Source of the DNA: Scyliorhinus canicula
Taxonomy: Eukaryota
NCBI RefSeq assembly: GCF_902713615.1
Contig: NC_052163.1
Span: 56,034,878-56,098,877, forward strand
Reading direction: 5' to 3'
DNA: 64,000 bases
The notes beneath the pieces were generated by a model. That model was given only the letters and a program-made list of their open reading frames with translations. It was not told the origin of the DNA and did no database searches. The position numbers and the translations under genes are program-made. Numbering within the stretch: position 1 is the first letter of the stretch; every line of letters starts with the position of its first letter. Positions 25,623 through 37,894 of this stretch are shown piece by piece.

Positions 25623-26599
25623 TAAGGAAAATTATTACATGGAATAGGGATGAGGTAAAGTTCCCTCAATAGACAGAATTTCCCCTCGAGCATCGGGAAG
25701 TCATTTCTGGGACCCAAACTTGCAGGAGTCCGTTAATTGCACCCCTCCTCACACCCCCCCCCCCCCCCCCCCCCCCCAGCATGATCCTATGGGAGGCAGG
25801 AAACTAAGATGCAACCTTAGTGACGTCTGTTCTAGTAATGAAATGGAAGGCCCAAGCAGAGGGTCTGTAGCACCAAATGGCTGACAGTCTCACTGAGCAC
25901 GGTTGAGGGAGAAAGAGGAGTACAATTAAGTGCCCCTCATAATAGATGCTTTCAGATGTCTGTAGAGAATTTAAAAATAAAGAAAGCCCACGGCTGTGAA
26001 GGCCATCAGTGTGGAGGGGAAACTCCGGTAGCCCGATGGCTTGTTGCTGGGAGGTCTCATCCACGTATCTACCAGCTTCCCAGACCCAGTGGACGACATC
26101 CTGGTGCCAGAGAAAGGTTGGCAGATTCTGAAACTGCATCAAAATGGGGCCTTAATTGACGAGGCCAAATTGCCCAGCTGGCCCATAGACTGGGTTGTCC
26201 ATTCTGATGGCAGACCTCCCAGAGAAAATCCACATGGGAGCATTACAGCATCTGTTCTGATACACATCTACAGTTTCCCAAACCACTCCCCCATGGGGAA
26301 CATTCCCCATCTTCAAAACTGCCTTGGCAAGGCTTGATTCCTCCCAGAGTGACTTAATCGCAACATGTAAAAGAGTGCCACAACTGCCGTTCGTTGATGA
26401 TGATTTCTATTCTGAGGTTGACTATTGGGATGACTTCCTCTTGTGTGCTCGTTCCAAAGTCCTAAGTGTTTTGTAATATTGATTCCATGTGCCTATTTTA
26501 GATTGCTGGAATCTGTAATTCCACTGGGATACCACAGTGTAACATGAAGACAGAGTCCCTTTTGTTTACTTTTTTTAAAAAGCTCCACAATTGACAAAT

Positions 26600-29530
26600 T
26601 CACTGCTGGGCCTCTGGCTTCCTGTTTACTTCCAGAACCTAGAGTCTTGAACAGCTAACAATTGGGAGTTGACTGCTGCCCCATAACTCAATAATGATCT
26701 GCCAGTGCACTGTCAGGGGATGCTGATCCAATGGGACAAAAGGATATCAGATTACTGGGCCATAGCGCTGCTAGAAGTTAAACAATGTACATCCAAGTGA
26801 AATTGTCCTCTTCACTTTGATAGAATGTTTAATTTCCATTGGGCATATAACCTAACTATTACATTGTTGCTGCTTTCGTTGGAAGGATACTGCTGCCTTG
26901 GTCCCCATCTTCTCTCTAGCAGTTCCCATAGATCCTCCTCAAGTTTTTCTTCCAAGGATGTTTTCTTTACCACGCTCTCTCCTTGGTGTCCTTGGATTTT
27001 CATCCCTTATACCAGCAAAACAATGAAAAGCAGTCATGTGTTGAGCGAAATGTAATTCCCATATAAAGCAACGCAATTATTTTTGTGACTTTGTGTCCAA
27101 CAAATGTGGGCCTTCCAGAGTAGGCCCCTGCTCTTGAAAATAGCAGGAATTTGAGCTTACACTTTCAGGATAAATGTACCTGTAATTTAAGAAACTTTCA
27201 GTTCTTATTTTTAAAACCACTACAATTCATGGCTGGAATACCTGGGTTGTCTCTCCTCAAAATCAAGGTAATGAGGAGGACATGGAGTGGAACTCTGATG
27301 ATTGATTCCAGTTCACCTTGTGTAAACAATGACTATTTTATGGCATCACTGGTCCTGGGGGCATTCAGAGAATAGATTTAGCTATAACATTTTCTGGATG
27401 GCTGATCCTTATCTGTATTGATTCAGTGATCTCAGCACATTTGCTCAAGAATGGAAAGGCTCAAAGTGAGAAACAATTACTCAGGATGGAATTAGTCATC
27501 ACATCGAAAAATGTGGGTTGATTAGGAAGAGCCAGCATGGATTTCAAAAGGGGAAATCATGTTTGACTAACTTGCTGGAGATTTTTGAGGAGGTAACAGA
27601 AAGGGTTGATGTGGGTAATGCTGCCCATGTGATGTAAATGGACATTCAGAAAGCATTTGGGACAGTGCCACACAGGGACAATAGCAATGTGGATACAAAA
27701 TTGACTGAATGATAGGAAGCAGAGAGTAATGATCAATGCATATTTTTCAGGCTGGAGGAAGGATTTTAGTGGTGCGCCCCAAGGTTTGGTATTGGGACCC
27801 TTACTTTTCCTGATATATATTTGTGATCTGAACCTCGCTGTGCTGGGAACAATTTCAAAGTTTGCGGATGACACAAAACTTGGAAACATTGCAAGAGGAC
27901 AGTGTAGAATTTCAAAAGGACATAGACAAGTTGGTTGCATGAACGGATAGGTGGCAGATCAAATTCAATGCAGAAAAGTGTGAGGTGATGCATTTTGGTA
28001 GGAAGAACGTGGAGAGTTAATATAAGGGGTAAAATTCTTAAAGAGTGCAGGAGCAGATGAGCCAGTGTGTACATGTATATAGACCATTGAAGATGCCAAG
28101 ATAGGTGAGAATAGTTAATAGAGCATACAGTTTCTGGGTTTTATTATTAGGGCTTAGAGTACAAGAGCAAAGAGGTCATGTTGAACTTATACAAGACACT
28201 AGAGACACCTCAACTGGAGTATTGTGCACAACTCTGGGCGTTACACTGTAGTAAGGATGTGAAAGCATTGGAGAGAGTTCTGAAGAGGTTTACCAGAATG
28301 GTTCCTGAGATGAGAACCTTCAATTACGAGGATAGATTGGAGAGGTTGTTCTCCTTGGAGAGAAGATGGCTAAATGGAGGAGTTGTTAGAAATGTTCAGA
28401 ATCTTGACGGGGCTGGACAGAGTAGATAGAGGGAAATTGTTCCGGCTCAGAAATGGATGAAGGATAAAATATTTAAAGTGATTTGCAAAAGAAGCAAATG
28501 TAAAGTGAGAAAAAAACTTTGAACACAGCGAGATATTCGGGTCTGGAGTGCATTGTCTGGAAGTGTATTGGAGGCAGGTTCAATCAAGGCATTTAGGAGG
28601 GAATGGGATGATTACTTGAATAGAGACAATGTGCAGGTGAAGGCATGGGAATGGCACTAAGTAATGATGCTTATTTGGAGAGCCGGTGAAGTGTTAGGAT
28701 ATGGGACCAGACCCCAGTTTTTGTCAGAACACCAGATGAGAACCCCAAGCATTTTTCAATTTCAAACTGGAAGGAAATGATTCTTCACCCCAGGAGCAAT
28801 GTCTCTGCCCATGAGGAATCTTGTATGTTAAAACAAACTTTAATTTAATCATAACCACATTAACATAAGATAAATAGATTTACAATTAACAGTTTAACAG
28901 TTCTTCAGTAAAAGGAAAGCAAACTTTAACTTATTATCTACATCTACCTCTATATATAATTCAACAAAGAAGCCCAATACAGTACAAAATTCATTCCTAA
29001 ATAAGGTTAGCAACCAGGGTTACTTGTCTATCTGTGCAGATCTTTGGATAACAAGGCACTTTCAGGAACATTCTTAAAATTCTTCTGTCTTGTCCGACTC
29101 AATTCTTAAGGCCAATTACTGTTCAACTTCAAATCTTATAACAGACTGCAAAACTACAGACATACCTGGCTCCTCCCATTAATTATAACATCTGTATCCC
29201 ACTAAGATGTTCTATGACCTGATTAGCTATGGCTGAACACACTCCCTCATAAATCATCTGTACCCCAGAAAATCGGCAGCAATCAAAACAAGATCCCATT
29301 AGCCATCTATATGCAAACAAGTAAATGGTTAGAATCTGTGGTTACTTCACCTTATACAACTTGTTAATCACAGCTTTTGTAGGCACTGCCTTATGCATTT
29401 GAACCCAGGGTTTTTAATAACATTATTGCAACAAAATATACAATGTAATGTATAACAATGTCTACATTCATCACAGCAGACATGATGGGCCACATGGGTT
29501 CCTTCTGCACTGTAGCAATTCTATGATTCT
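26600..29530 (+). mobile_element. Old CR1 LINE (RT and 3' end clear from 27430; upstream part fragmentary), with a solo LTR in its 3'UTR
   Basis: SGAPQGLVLGPLLFLIYI, SKFADDTKL, LYKTL..PQLEYCAQLW; the tail resumes at 29476 (GATGGGCC...TTCTATGATTCT). Confidence 0.8.
28692..29475. mobile_element. Solo LTR
   Basis: TGTTAG...CATCACA ends; imperfect 4-bp TSD GAAG/GCAG; splits the CR1 3'UTR. Confidence 0.75.
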
Positions 29531-29894
29531 GATACAGTGCTTTGACAGCAGACAGGAATCATGTGAAACTCTGTCATGCCAATGGGATGCCAATTCTTAC
29601 TCATCACCAGGATGATAATGTGATGGGAAGTGTACTCACCCGTTAAAAAATGCTGGTTTACATTCCATTTGTTTCTGCCTCACTAGATTACTGCCCATGT
29701 AATGAGGATGGAAATGTGTCCCCCATTTTGTCTCAGTGCTGATTCTAACATAAATCACGGTTAATAATCTCAATTCTCTGTTGTTATTTCCCCAGATATT
29801 CTGAATTCGAAAACTAAAGTCTTAAACAATGACCAAATACACTCCAGACTCTGGTTAAACTGGCAATTTTCCTATTATTCCATTTTGTGGGGAA

Positions 29895-30667
29895 TGAGAT
29901 GTTAAGCCAAGGCCTCACCTGTTCTCTCAGGTAGATCTAAAAGATCTCACGACACTATTTCGAAGAAGAGCAGGGGTGTTATTCCCACTGTCCTGGCCAA
30001 TATTTACTTCATGTTATATTGAAACATGATCTGGTCATTGTCATATTTCTGCTTGAGATGTGGGCAAATTGACCGCATCGCGCATGGGACCTGGTTCGAT
30101 TCCCAGCCTCGGTCTCTGTCTGTGTGGAGTCTCTATGTCTGGATGGATTTCCTCCAGGTGCCCCGGTTTCTCCCACAAGTCCCGAAAGACGTGCTTGTTA
30201 GGTGAACTGGACATTCTGAATTCTCCCTCAGTGTACCCGAACAGGCACCATAGTGTGGCGACTAGGAGATTTTCACAGTAAGTTCATTGCAGTGACACTA
30301 ATAGCAATTATTATTATTACAACAGTAACTACACGTTTAAAAAAACCTATGGGGGCAGCGAGGTGGTGCAATGGTTAGCACTGCTTCCTCACGGCACTGA
30401 GGTCCCAGGTTCGATCCTGGCTCTGGTTCACTTTCCGTGTGGAGTTTGTACATTCTTCCTGAGTTTGCATTGGTTTCGCCCCCACAAATCAGATGTGCAG
30501 GGTAAGTGGATTGGCCACACTACATTGCCCCTTTATTAGAAAAAATGAATTGGGTACCCTAAATTTAAAAAAAACCTGCTTCATTGGCTGTAATTTGCAT
30601 ATAGATGAAAAGTGACCACTGAATCTTTCTTGAAAGATTGTAGTGTTACAGAATGCAATCTCTTTCT
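29895..30667 (+). mobile_element. SacSINE1/AmnSINE1-like DeuSINE, interrupted by two V-SINEs (30076-30318 with (TTA)n tail; 30351-30574 with A tail)
   Basis: Deu-domain-like AAAAGATC...CACTATTTCGAAGAAGAGCAGGGG...GTCCTGGCCAATATTTA...ATCTGGTCATT; resumes ACAACAGTAACTACAC...CTTCATTGGCTGTAA. Recognised from memory of the consensus. Confidence 0.7.
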
Positions 30668-31254
30668 ACTTTGGCATGGAATAATTCCAAGCCATATAGT
30701 CAATTAGAAAGTCCATTCTCTTCCTCAACATCATCGCCTCTTCTAAGATGAATTAAATTTCCTGAGGAGGACCATGAAACACAAATGGTTCTATTGTGAA
30801 CGGATGGCTGTAACTTTTCAGGATTTGCTTCTATGCTGGCCGAGTGAAATCTGATAGTCACGGTGCCGAGAAGTGAGCAGTGATTCCAATTCCTAACTTT
30901 TATCAGCACAATAAAAACATATTTTGTAAAAACGTTGTCAGATCTATCAAATTATTTAAAAGTGTATTAAAGTAGGCTGTTTTGTGGCTCCTTTGATGAT
31001 AAAGTATACAGCTCTGTTTAGTGTACAGATAATGTTTCAAAGGTCCTTATGTCCTTGCTGGTACAAGAAAAGAGCTGCCAACTAACTATTCAGCATCATT
31101 AGCTCAAGTGGTTTCTGCCTCAACTTACTGTCGCCTTTGGAAAAGACAGAAAGTTGGAAAGGTACTTTTCATAAAGAGGCACAGCACTTGTTGATACGCA
31201 TACTCTGAATTTGCCCTTTTAGAGTCAAATGCAGTTGGATTAAAAGCGAATACA

Positions 31255-31527
31255 TGGCACAGACGCAGTGGCACTTGGGCGACACAGCCTCACGGTGCAA
31301 GGGGCCCAGGTTCAATTCCGACCCTGAGTGACTGCCTGTGTTTGCACGTCCTCCTGTGTGTGCATGGGTTTCCTCCGAGTGCTCCTCCCACAGTCCAAGA
31401 ATGTGCAGGTTAGGAAGATTGGCCATGCTAAATTGTCCCTTAGTATCCAATAATGTTCCGGTTAGGTGGGGTTGCAGAGATAGGGACTGGGACTTGGTAA
31501 AGTGCTCTTCTTCTGCACTTTAGGGAT
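31255..31527 (+). mobile_element. Old V-SINE
   Basis: Degenerate head and GGCCATGCTAAATTGTCCCTTAG core. Confidence 0.7.
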
Positions 31528-32382
31528 GGATTTCCATATACCTAGCCTTGAGTGTTAAAAGAAGGCAGCTCCATTACATACTATTGATGTCTTCACCCAG
31601 AGAGTGGTGTAACTCGTTACCACGAGGAGTAGTAGAGACACAGTTAAGAGGAAGCTGAGTAAAAACATAAATGAGAAAGTAATAGGAAATTATGTTGATT
31701 GATGAAAAGGGTAGGAAGAGGCTCGCATGGAACAGTGACACCATTGTGACCCCAACAGCCCACATTTATATGGAACATTTAACAAAATTCCAGGCTGCTC
31801 AGCAAGACTGGTATCAATATAAATGTTTTTGACATTTTTGCTACTGGCACCACAGAAAGATGAGGACAGATACCAAACAATTTGATCAAAGATGTAAGTT
31901 ATTTTTGGCTATTTTAAAAGAGCAGCGAGGGAGAGAGAGGGACAGAGGGGTGCAGAAGTTTGGGGAGGAAATTCTTGAGCTTAGGAATGAGGCATCTGAA
32001 AACAACAACAATGGAAAGAATAAAACCCAGAATGAACAGGAATCAGAATTGAAGGAAAGCAGCAGTGTCGGCAGGGCTGGGGAATGCTACGTTGGTAAGT
32101 ATGAGATTTGAAAATAATGATGAGGATTTTTAAACTGATGCATTGCTGGAAGGGGTGCGAGTGAAAGTCAGCAATTGCATGAATGACAGGTGAATGAGAT
32201 TTGGACTGAGTTATGCTCCTGGGAGCAGAGTTTTGGACAAGCACTGTAGTAATCCACGGTTGGCAGAAGTTCCGTCACCACACCAATATTTATTTACAAT
32301 AACAATATTACAGGAGCAGCTACAAACAGTGCTGCTAGCAGTCCACTCAACTTAAGACTGCTCACAAAGCCTACACAGGTGA

Positions 32383-35300
32383 TTATATGGGCCCCCTCAA
32401 TGAGCTATCATTGAGGGAGCTCATACTCCAATTGGCCAACCAATAAAGCCAATTGGAGTTCATTACACCCCTCCCCCCAAGGTCCAAGGAATTCCTGCCA
32501 GCTGGAATTCCTCTGAGCTTCTTCCTGCTCCTCATGTCTGGGTCTGTCATCTCTGTGTCGTCCGCCGGGTCGTTCCCCGAAGTGGGCGGGGTGTACCTTA
32601 TAGGTGCCCGTCTTTTCCTTGACGACCTCCTTGGAAGTTGTTCTTCCTCCTCCTCGGGGAGAGGTGTCGCGGCGGCCTCGTCAAGTGTGTCCATCTCCGA
32701 CTCTGATGACTGGATGACGGGGTCTGGAGAAATTACTCGGGGCTGGGGTGTGGGTATCCTTTCCGTCTGGGCTATCCCAGCTTGAGGCGGTCCTGCTTCG
32801 CCTGCCTCCAGGTGTGGTTCCGCTACCCTTATTTGGTCTAGGTGTTTCTTCAGCACCTTACCTCCTATTGAAACCTCATAGGATATGGGCCCTGTTTGGG
32901 ACTCTACCGTGCCTTTGACCCATGTTGGTCCATTCCCATAATTCTTGACCCAAACCTGTGCCCCCACCTGGAAATGTCTCTGCTGCCGACTATTATCATG
33001 CCCCCTGCGCTGGGCCTCCTGTTGTTTCTCCACTTTCCCCGTAAAATTTGGGAAAAGGAGACTCAGCCTCGTTCGCAGCCGTCTTCCCATTAAGAGTTCA
33101 GCTGGCGGTATGCCTGTTGTGGAATGCGGTGTGGTCTATAATCAAACAGCCAGCGGGAGAGCTTTGTGTCTATTGACGCTGCCGGCTGCTTCTTGAGTCC
33201 CGCTTTAAGTGTCTGGACCGCTCTCTCTGCCAGGCCGTTGGTCGCTGGATGGTAAGGGGCCGTTTTGATGTGACGGACTCCGTTTTCCTTCAGGAATTTT
33301 CCAAATTCCCCACTTGTGAATGCCGTTCCGTTGTCCGACACCAATACCTCCGGAAGTCCATGTGTTGCAAACGAGGCCCTGAGCTTTTCAATTGTCGATG
33401 CTGTGCTTGCCGGTTTTACCCGGTGGACGTCCAACCATTTGGAGTGGGTGTCCACTATCACCAAAAACACTGAGCCCATGAAAGGGCCGGCATGGTCAAT
33501 ATGCAGGCGGGTCCACGGTCTGCCTGGCCATTCCTACGGGTGCAATGGTGCCGCTGGTGGCACTCTTTGCCCCTGTTGGCACTCCTGGCACCGACGTACC
33601 AAGGCTGCTATGTCTGTGTCCAAACCTGGCCACCAAGCGTAGCTTCGAGCTAGCATCTTCATTTTAGACACCCCTGGGTGTCCGTGATGTAACTCAGTTA
33701 AGATTGCCTGACGGCCCTGAGCTGGGACGATTACCCGGGCTTCCCATAATAGGATACCGTCTTTTACAGTTATTTGGTCCCTTCTGCTCCAGTATGGGTG
33801 CATCTGGGGCTCCACTGGTCTTTCCAGTTCCCCTGTTAGCAGTAAATGCTTCATCTTGGCTAAAACTGGGTCTTTTTGCATCCACAACCGAATATGTTGT
33901 GCGTCTACTGGTAGGGTGTCCAAATAATTTAGAGTCATTACTGTCTCCTCTACTTTTGGTATTTGCGGCGGAGTGTCCGGGAGGGGAAGTCTGCTCAAAG
34001 CATCTGCATGTGCTACTCGTGTTCCCGGTCTGTGCTCCAGAACGTATCTATATGCCGCCAGTAGCAACGCCCAGCATTGGATTCTAGCTGATGCAATCGG
34101 GGGTGTTGACTTGTCTTCTTTTAATAACCCTAATAACGGCTTATGGTCCGTCACTATGGTGAATTTCCGCCCATACAGATACTGGTGAAATTTTGTTTAC
34201 TGCGAATATCACTGCCAGTCCTTCCTTCTCGATTTGGGCGTACTTCCTCTCAGCCATCGCCAAGGTCCTCGAAGCATAGGCTATTGGCCGTTCTTCCCCA
34301 TTCCTTCCTCTATGGGCTAAGATGGCTCCTACCCTGTAGGGGGATGCATCACAAGTGACCACCAACTCCTTCCTTGGGTCATAATGCTCTAGGATATTTT
34401 CGGATGACAGCTGTTCCTTAATGTCCCTAAATGCTTGGTTTTGGCGGGTGGACTATTTCCATTCTTGCCCCTTTTTTAGTAGCTGGTGGAGGGGTTCTAG
34501 GATGGATGCCCTATTTTCAATAAATTTTCCATAATAGGTTACCAACCCTAGAAATGATCGTAACTCCTGGACCGTGGTGGGAGCTGGGGCTTCTTTTATT
34601 GCCCTTACTCTGTCTTCTAATGGGTGTAAGCCTGACTTGTCTACTTTGTATCCCAGGTACGTCACCTGTGGGGCCAGAAAAACACATTTTTCCTTTTTTA
34701 GCCGTACGCCTGCCTTTGCGAAACGCCTGAGCACTTCCTCCAGGTTCCTTAAGTGTTCCCTGTTTGTCCTACCCGTGATTAAGACATCGTCCAAATAAAT
34801 CGCCACCTGCGGTAGTCCCTGCAGAATATTTTCCATCGTACGCTGGAATATAGCGCAGGCTGATGACACTCCAAAAGGTAGCCTAGTATAACGAAAAAGG
34901 CCCTTCAGGGTGTTGATCGTAGCGAACTTCTGGGAGCCCTTGTCCAGTTTTAACTGCAGGTAGGCGTGGCTCATGTCTAGTTTCGTGAACAAAAGCCCAC
35001 CTGCCAATTTGGCATATAGGTCGTCTATTTTCAGGATTGGGTATTTGTCCAGCAGTGCGTATTTGTTTACTGTCTGTTTGAAATCTCCACAGAGACGTAT
35101 CGAGCCGTCTGGCTTCAAAATTGGTACCACCGGCGCTGCCCATTCCGAGAACTGTATTGGTCTGATAATGCCGTCGCGCCGTAACCTTTCTATTTCGTCA
35201 TCTACTTTCTTCCTTAATGCAAAAGGTACCGGCCTGGCCTTACAAAATTTCGGAAGGGCTTCTGGGTCCACGTGCAAAGTTGCTTTGGCACCTATGATTT

Positions 35301-35709
35301 CCCCCAAACCTTCCTGGAAGACCTCCGGGTATTTTTGGAGTACTCCACTCAACTGCCCGCTTCCACTCTGGAAAATTTTCATCCAATCTAATTTCAGGTC
35401 TTTCAGCCAGTTCCGTCCAATTAAGCTCGGTCCGGAGCCCTCTACTATCGTCAATGGTAATCTGAGCAATTGTTTCTCATATTCCACAGGTACATGAGTC
35501 GTGCCTAGAACTTCCAGGGGTTCACCCGTGTAGGTTTTAAGTTTCGTCGATGTTTTTGTTAGGGTTAGTGGCTGGAGTCCATCTTTGATTTTTCTAAATG
35601 CTGCCACTCCCATTACTGATACGGCTGCACCCGTGTCTATTTCCATTATTGTCGGCCGCCCGTTCACCCGTGGGGTAATCCTAATGGGTTCTGCTTTCTT
35701 CGTTGTAAT
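32383..35709 (-). pseudogene. Gypsy pol (protease-RT-RNase H-integrase) with several stops and frameshifts
   Basis: EIDTGAAVS, RLPFGVSSA, IYLDDVLI, CDASPY, TDHKPL, ELHHGHPG...RCQEC, VSDNG, PYHPATNGLAERAV, GPISY. Confidence 0.93.
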
Positions 35710-35807
35710 ACATAAAAATAGATAAAAGAATATGAATACATTTTAGCTCACATTTTATTCACACATTAAGTTATGAAAAAAGTTTAATATATTTGAAGAA
35801 AATTCTT

Positions 35808-37215
35808 TTATGACAAATTGCGTGCAATATTTCTTAAAAATTGCAGAGCGTTTTCAGATTGATAATTCTCAACTAGATTCTTTATTCGTGCATCAATCAT
35901 TTGATAGGACTTTTTTTTTGTTGTCGAGTCCCCACGTCGAATGTGCACAATTTTCGTCTGGCTTAAGCCTTCTTCAGTCTTAAGGGCATTGCAAAGTTTC
36001 CACAAATTTGGATGTGTGGATGTTATCGATGACCGTAAAGCATTGTGGAACCCTTCTACCGAATTATTTGCTCTTGGCAAGTCATTTAAAACGCGGTCAC
36101 GCACATTCCAGAGTTGGATAGGAAACTGCGGGGTTTCTCTTCGTCGACGAAGACCGCGTCCCTTTACAGTCCCAATGTACGAATTCTCAAAATAAGTGAT
36201 AAACTCAGAAGGGATGCTTTCATCATCAGACAAATCTTCAAATCCATTGACAACGTCTTCAATTGGTAAAAATGCTAAAGCGCAAAAACACTTAATTTTA
36301 AGCTTAAAACTTTCATCCGTGTTGTATCTCCTACTCTCACCAAGTGCACATATCTTCCGCCAAATAGACTGTCCGAGATGAAAAACACACCCAACTACTT
36401 CTAAATGCGGAAATACAGAAACAAATGAATTATGGCGAGCTTTTTCAAAGTCCGTGAGACAGGTCGCAGGTCGACAATTTGCCCTTAAATCCCGCACAGT
36501 AGACAGAAGACTATGATATGAGGCTTCTTTTTTGTCAGGAAGTAAGGCAAATAGCCTGGGCACACATGACCCTCCAATGATGATATGTAGCGTGAAAAGT
36601 TGACACCACAAACTAGGAGACACCTTAAAAGTCCCATCACAGGCCCAATTTTCAGAGCTTTCGAGATCATCCAAGCCTTTTTCTGAAGAAAAAACTAAAA
36701 TTCTGTCTGGGTCATCAAGTCCACTGTTAAAGACCAAAAACAAGGACCCATTTTCTAAGTACTTAACTGTATCAGGGATTTGAAACCCTGACCGACAAGT
36801 TGGAAGTGCTGGGATTCCTAAAGCATGCTGCCTCCAGTTACGTACGTGAAAGTCCAGGAATAGTTTGCAACAATGATTGTGCTTCCTCATCGAGATTTTG
36901 TACAGCAGTAGCTATTACTTCCCGTGAAGATACTATGCCCGTTATCATTACTACACTTTTCATTGAATTAACTGCCTTTCGGGCATTAACGTGTGCACTG
37001 CTTGCTGAGTGATTATGGGAGGCCGTTGAAAAAATAACTTCTGGTATACTGGAGTTGAAAGTTGTATGTAGTCTAGCCCGGCAACCTTTGTAAAAACGCT
37101 CACAACGCCAATATATTTTTGTTTTGCTACTGTTAACTCCATTCTTTTTGTATATATGATTCTCTATGTCGCAAAGCTTAAGTTTGTTCTTCTCTGATGT
37201 TATAAATGTTGCCAT
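35808..37215 (-). pseudogene. FLYWCH zinc finger + MULE DDE transposase, about 470 aa, one frameshift near 36845
   Basis: N-terminal HIYKKN...IYWRCE..YKGCRARLHT...SHNH; catalytic WACDGTFK, CLTDFEKA, GCVFHLGQSIWRK (CxxH) and RANNSVEGFHN motifs all intact; ORFs 36838-37215 and 35808-36890 overlap at LSRT/VRNW. Confidence 0.88.
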
Positions 37216-37384
37216 GGTTGAGGGTTTAAAAGTTCAAAGTTAAACTGAATAGAAAAAAGTAGTAGCACCAGTGAAATTAGTTTTTTATAGACCATTTACT
37301 AATTAGTTAAGAAGGGTGTAACAAGTAGTTTAGTTTTTTATAGACCATTTACTAACGACTAATTAGTTAAGAAGTGTGTCCACC

Positions 37385-37504
37385 ATTTACTGTAGTGGAA
37401 TTTACCTCAGTGGAATATACCGCAGTGAAATCTACCTATAGTGAAATTTTCCGAGTGGAATTTACCGTAGTGGAATTTACCTTAGTGGAATTTACCGGTC
37501 ACCG
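37385..37504. repeat. About 8 tandem copies of a 15-bp unit AGTGGAATTTACCNN forming the MULE terminus
   Basis: Directly visible, ending in ...TTACCGGTCACCG; a duplicated block of about 45 bp lies upstream (37278-37320 and 37330-37378). Confidence 0.85.
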
Positions 37505-37894
37505 GTCCCGAAGCATTTCATTTAGTGTCGGGCCAAACTCACATTTTTCCGCCAGCCTTCTCAGGCGGGTCAAGAAATTTTTGACTGACTCCCTGTCTTC
37601 CCGCTTTGCGGTGTAGAATCTATACCTACGCAAAATGAGGGGTGGTTTTGGGTCACAGTGCTCTTTCACCAATTCCGTTACTTCTTGGAAAGTTTTCGTG
37701 TCCGGCGCATCGGGATAAGTCAGACTACGTATAATGGTGAAGGCGGAGGGTCCGCACGCCGACAGCAGGATAAGCCGTCTCCTTTAGTCCGTCAGTATAT
37801 CATTTGCCAGGAAGAAGTAACACATTCTCTCCACATACTGGGACCAGTCCTCAATAGCCGGGTCGAATGCCTCTAACCTCCCAAAAAACGGCAT
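37505..37894 (-). pseudogene. Gypsy gag N-terminal half
   Basis: MPFFGRLEAFDPAIEDWSQY..., LRRYRFYTAKREDRESVKNFLTRLRRLAEKCEFGPTLNEMLRD. Confidence 0.85.

Larger units (their letters stand above)
35710..37504 (-). mobile_element. Mutator/MULE (Phantom-like) DNA transposon with only one terminus retained
   Basis: AT-rich block with sharp junctions to Gypsy protease (35709) and gag (about 37503); contains the transposase gene and a terminal 15-bp repeat array. Confidence 0.85.

Noticed and set aside
34453-35667. Active or domesticated Gypsy pol
   Set aside because: Stop at 34453, downstream frameshifts and a truncated gag; the long ORF only reflects youth.
37385-37504. CRISPR-like repeat array
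   Set aside because: The 15-bp units are directly tandem with no unique spacers, the context is eukaryotic, and the array sits at a MULE terminus.
35710-37504. Contaminant contig explaining the AT-rich MULE block
   Set aside because: It is embedded between collinear halves of one Gypsy with matching LTRs and TSD, though read support is still needed.
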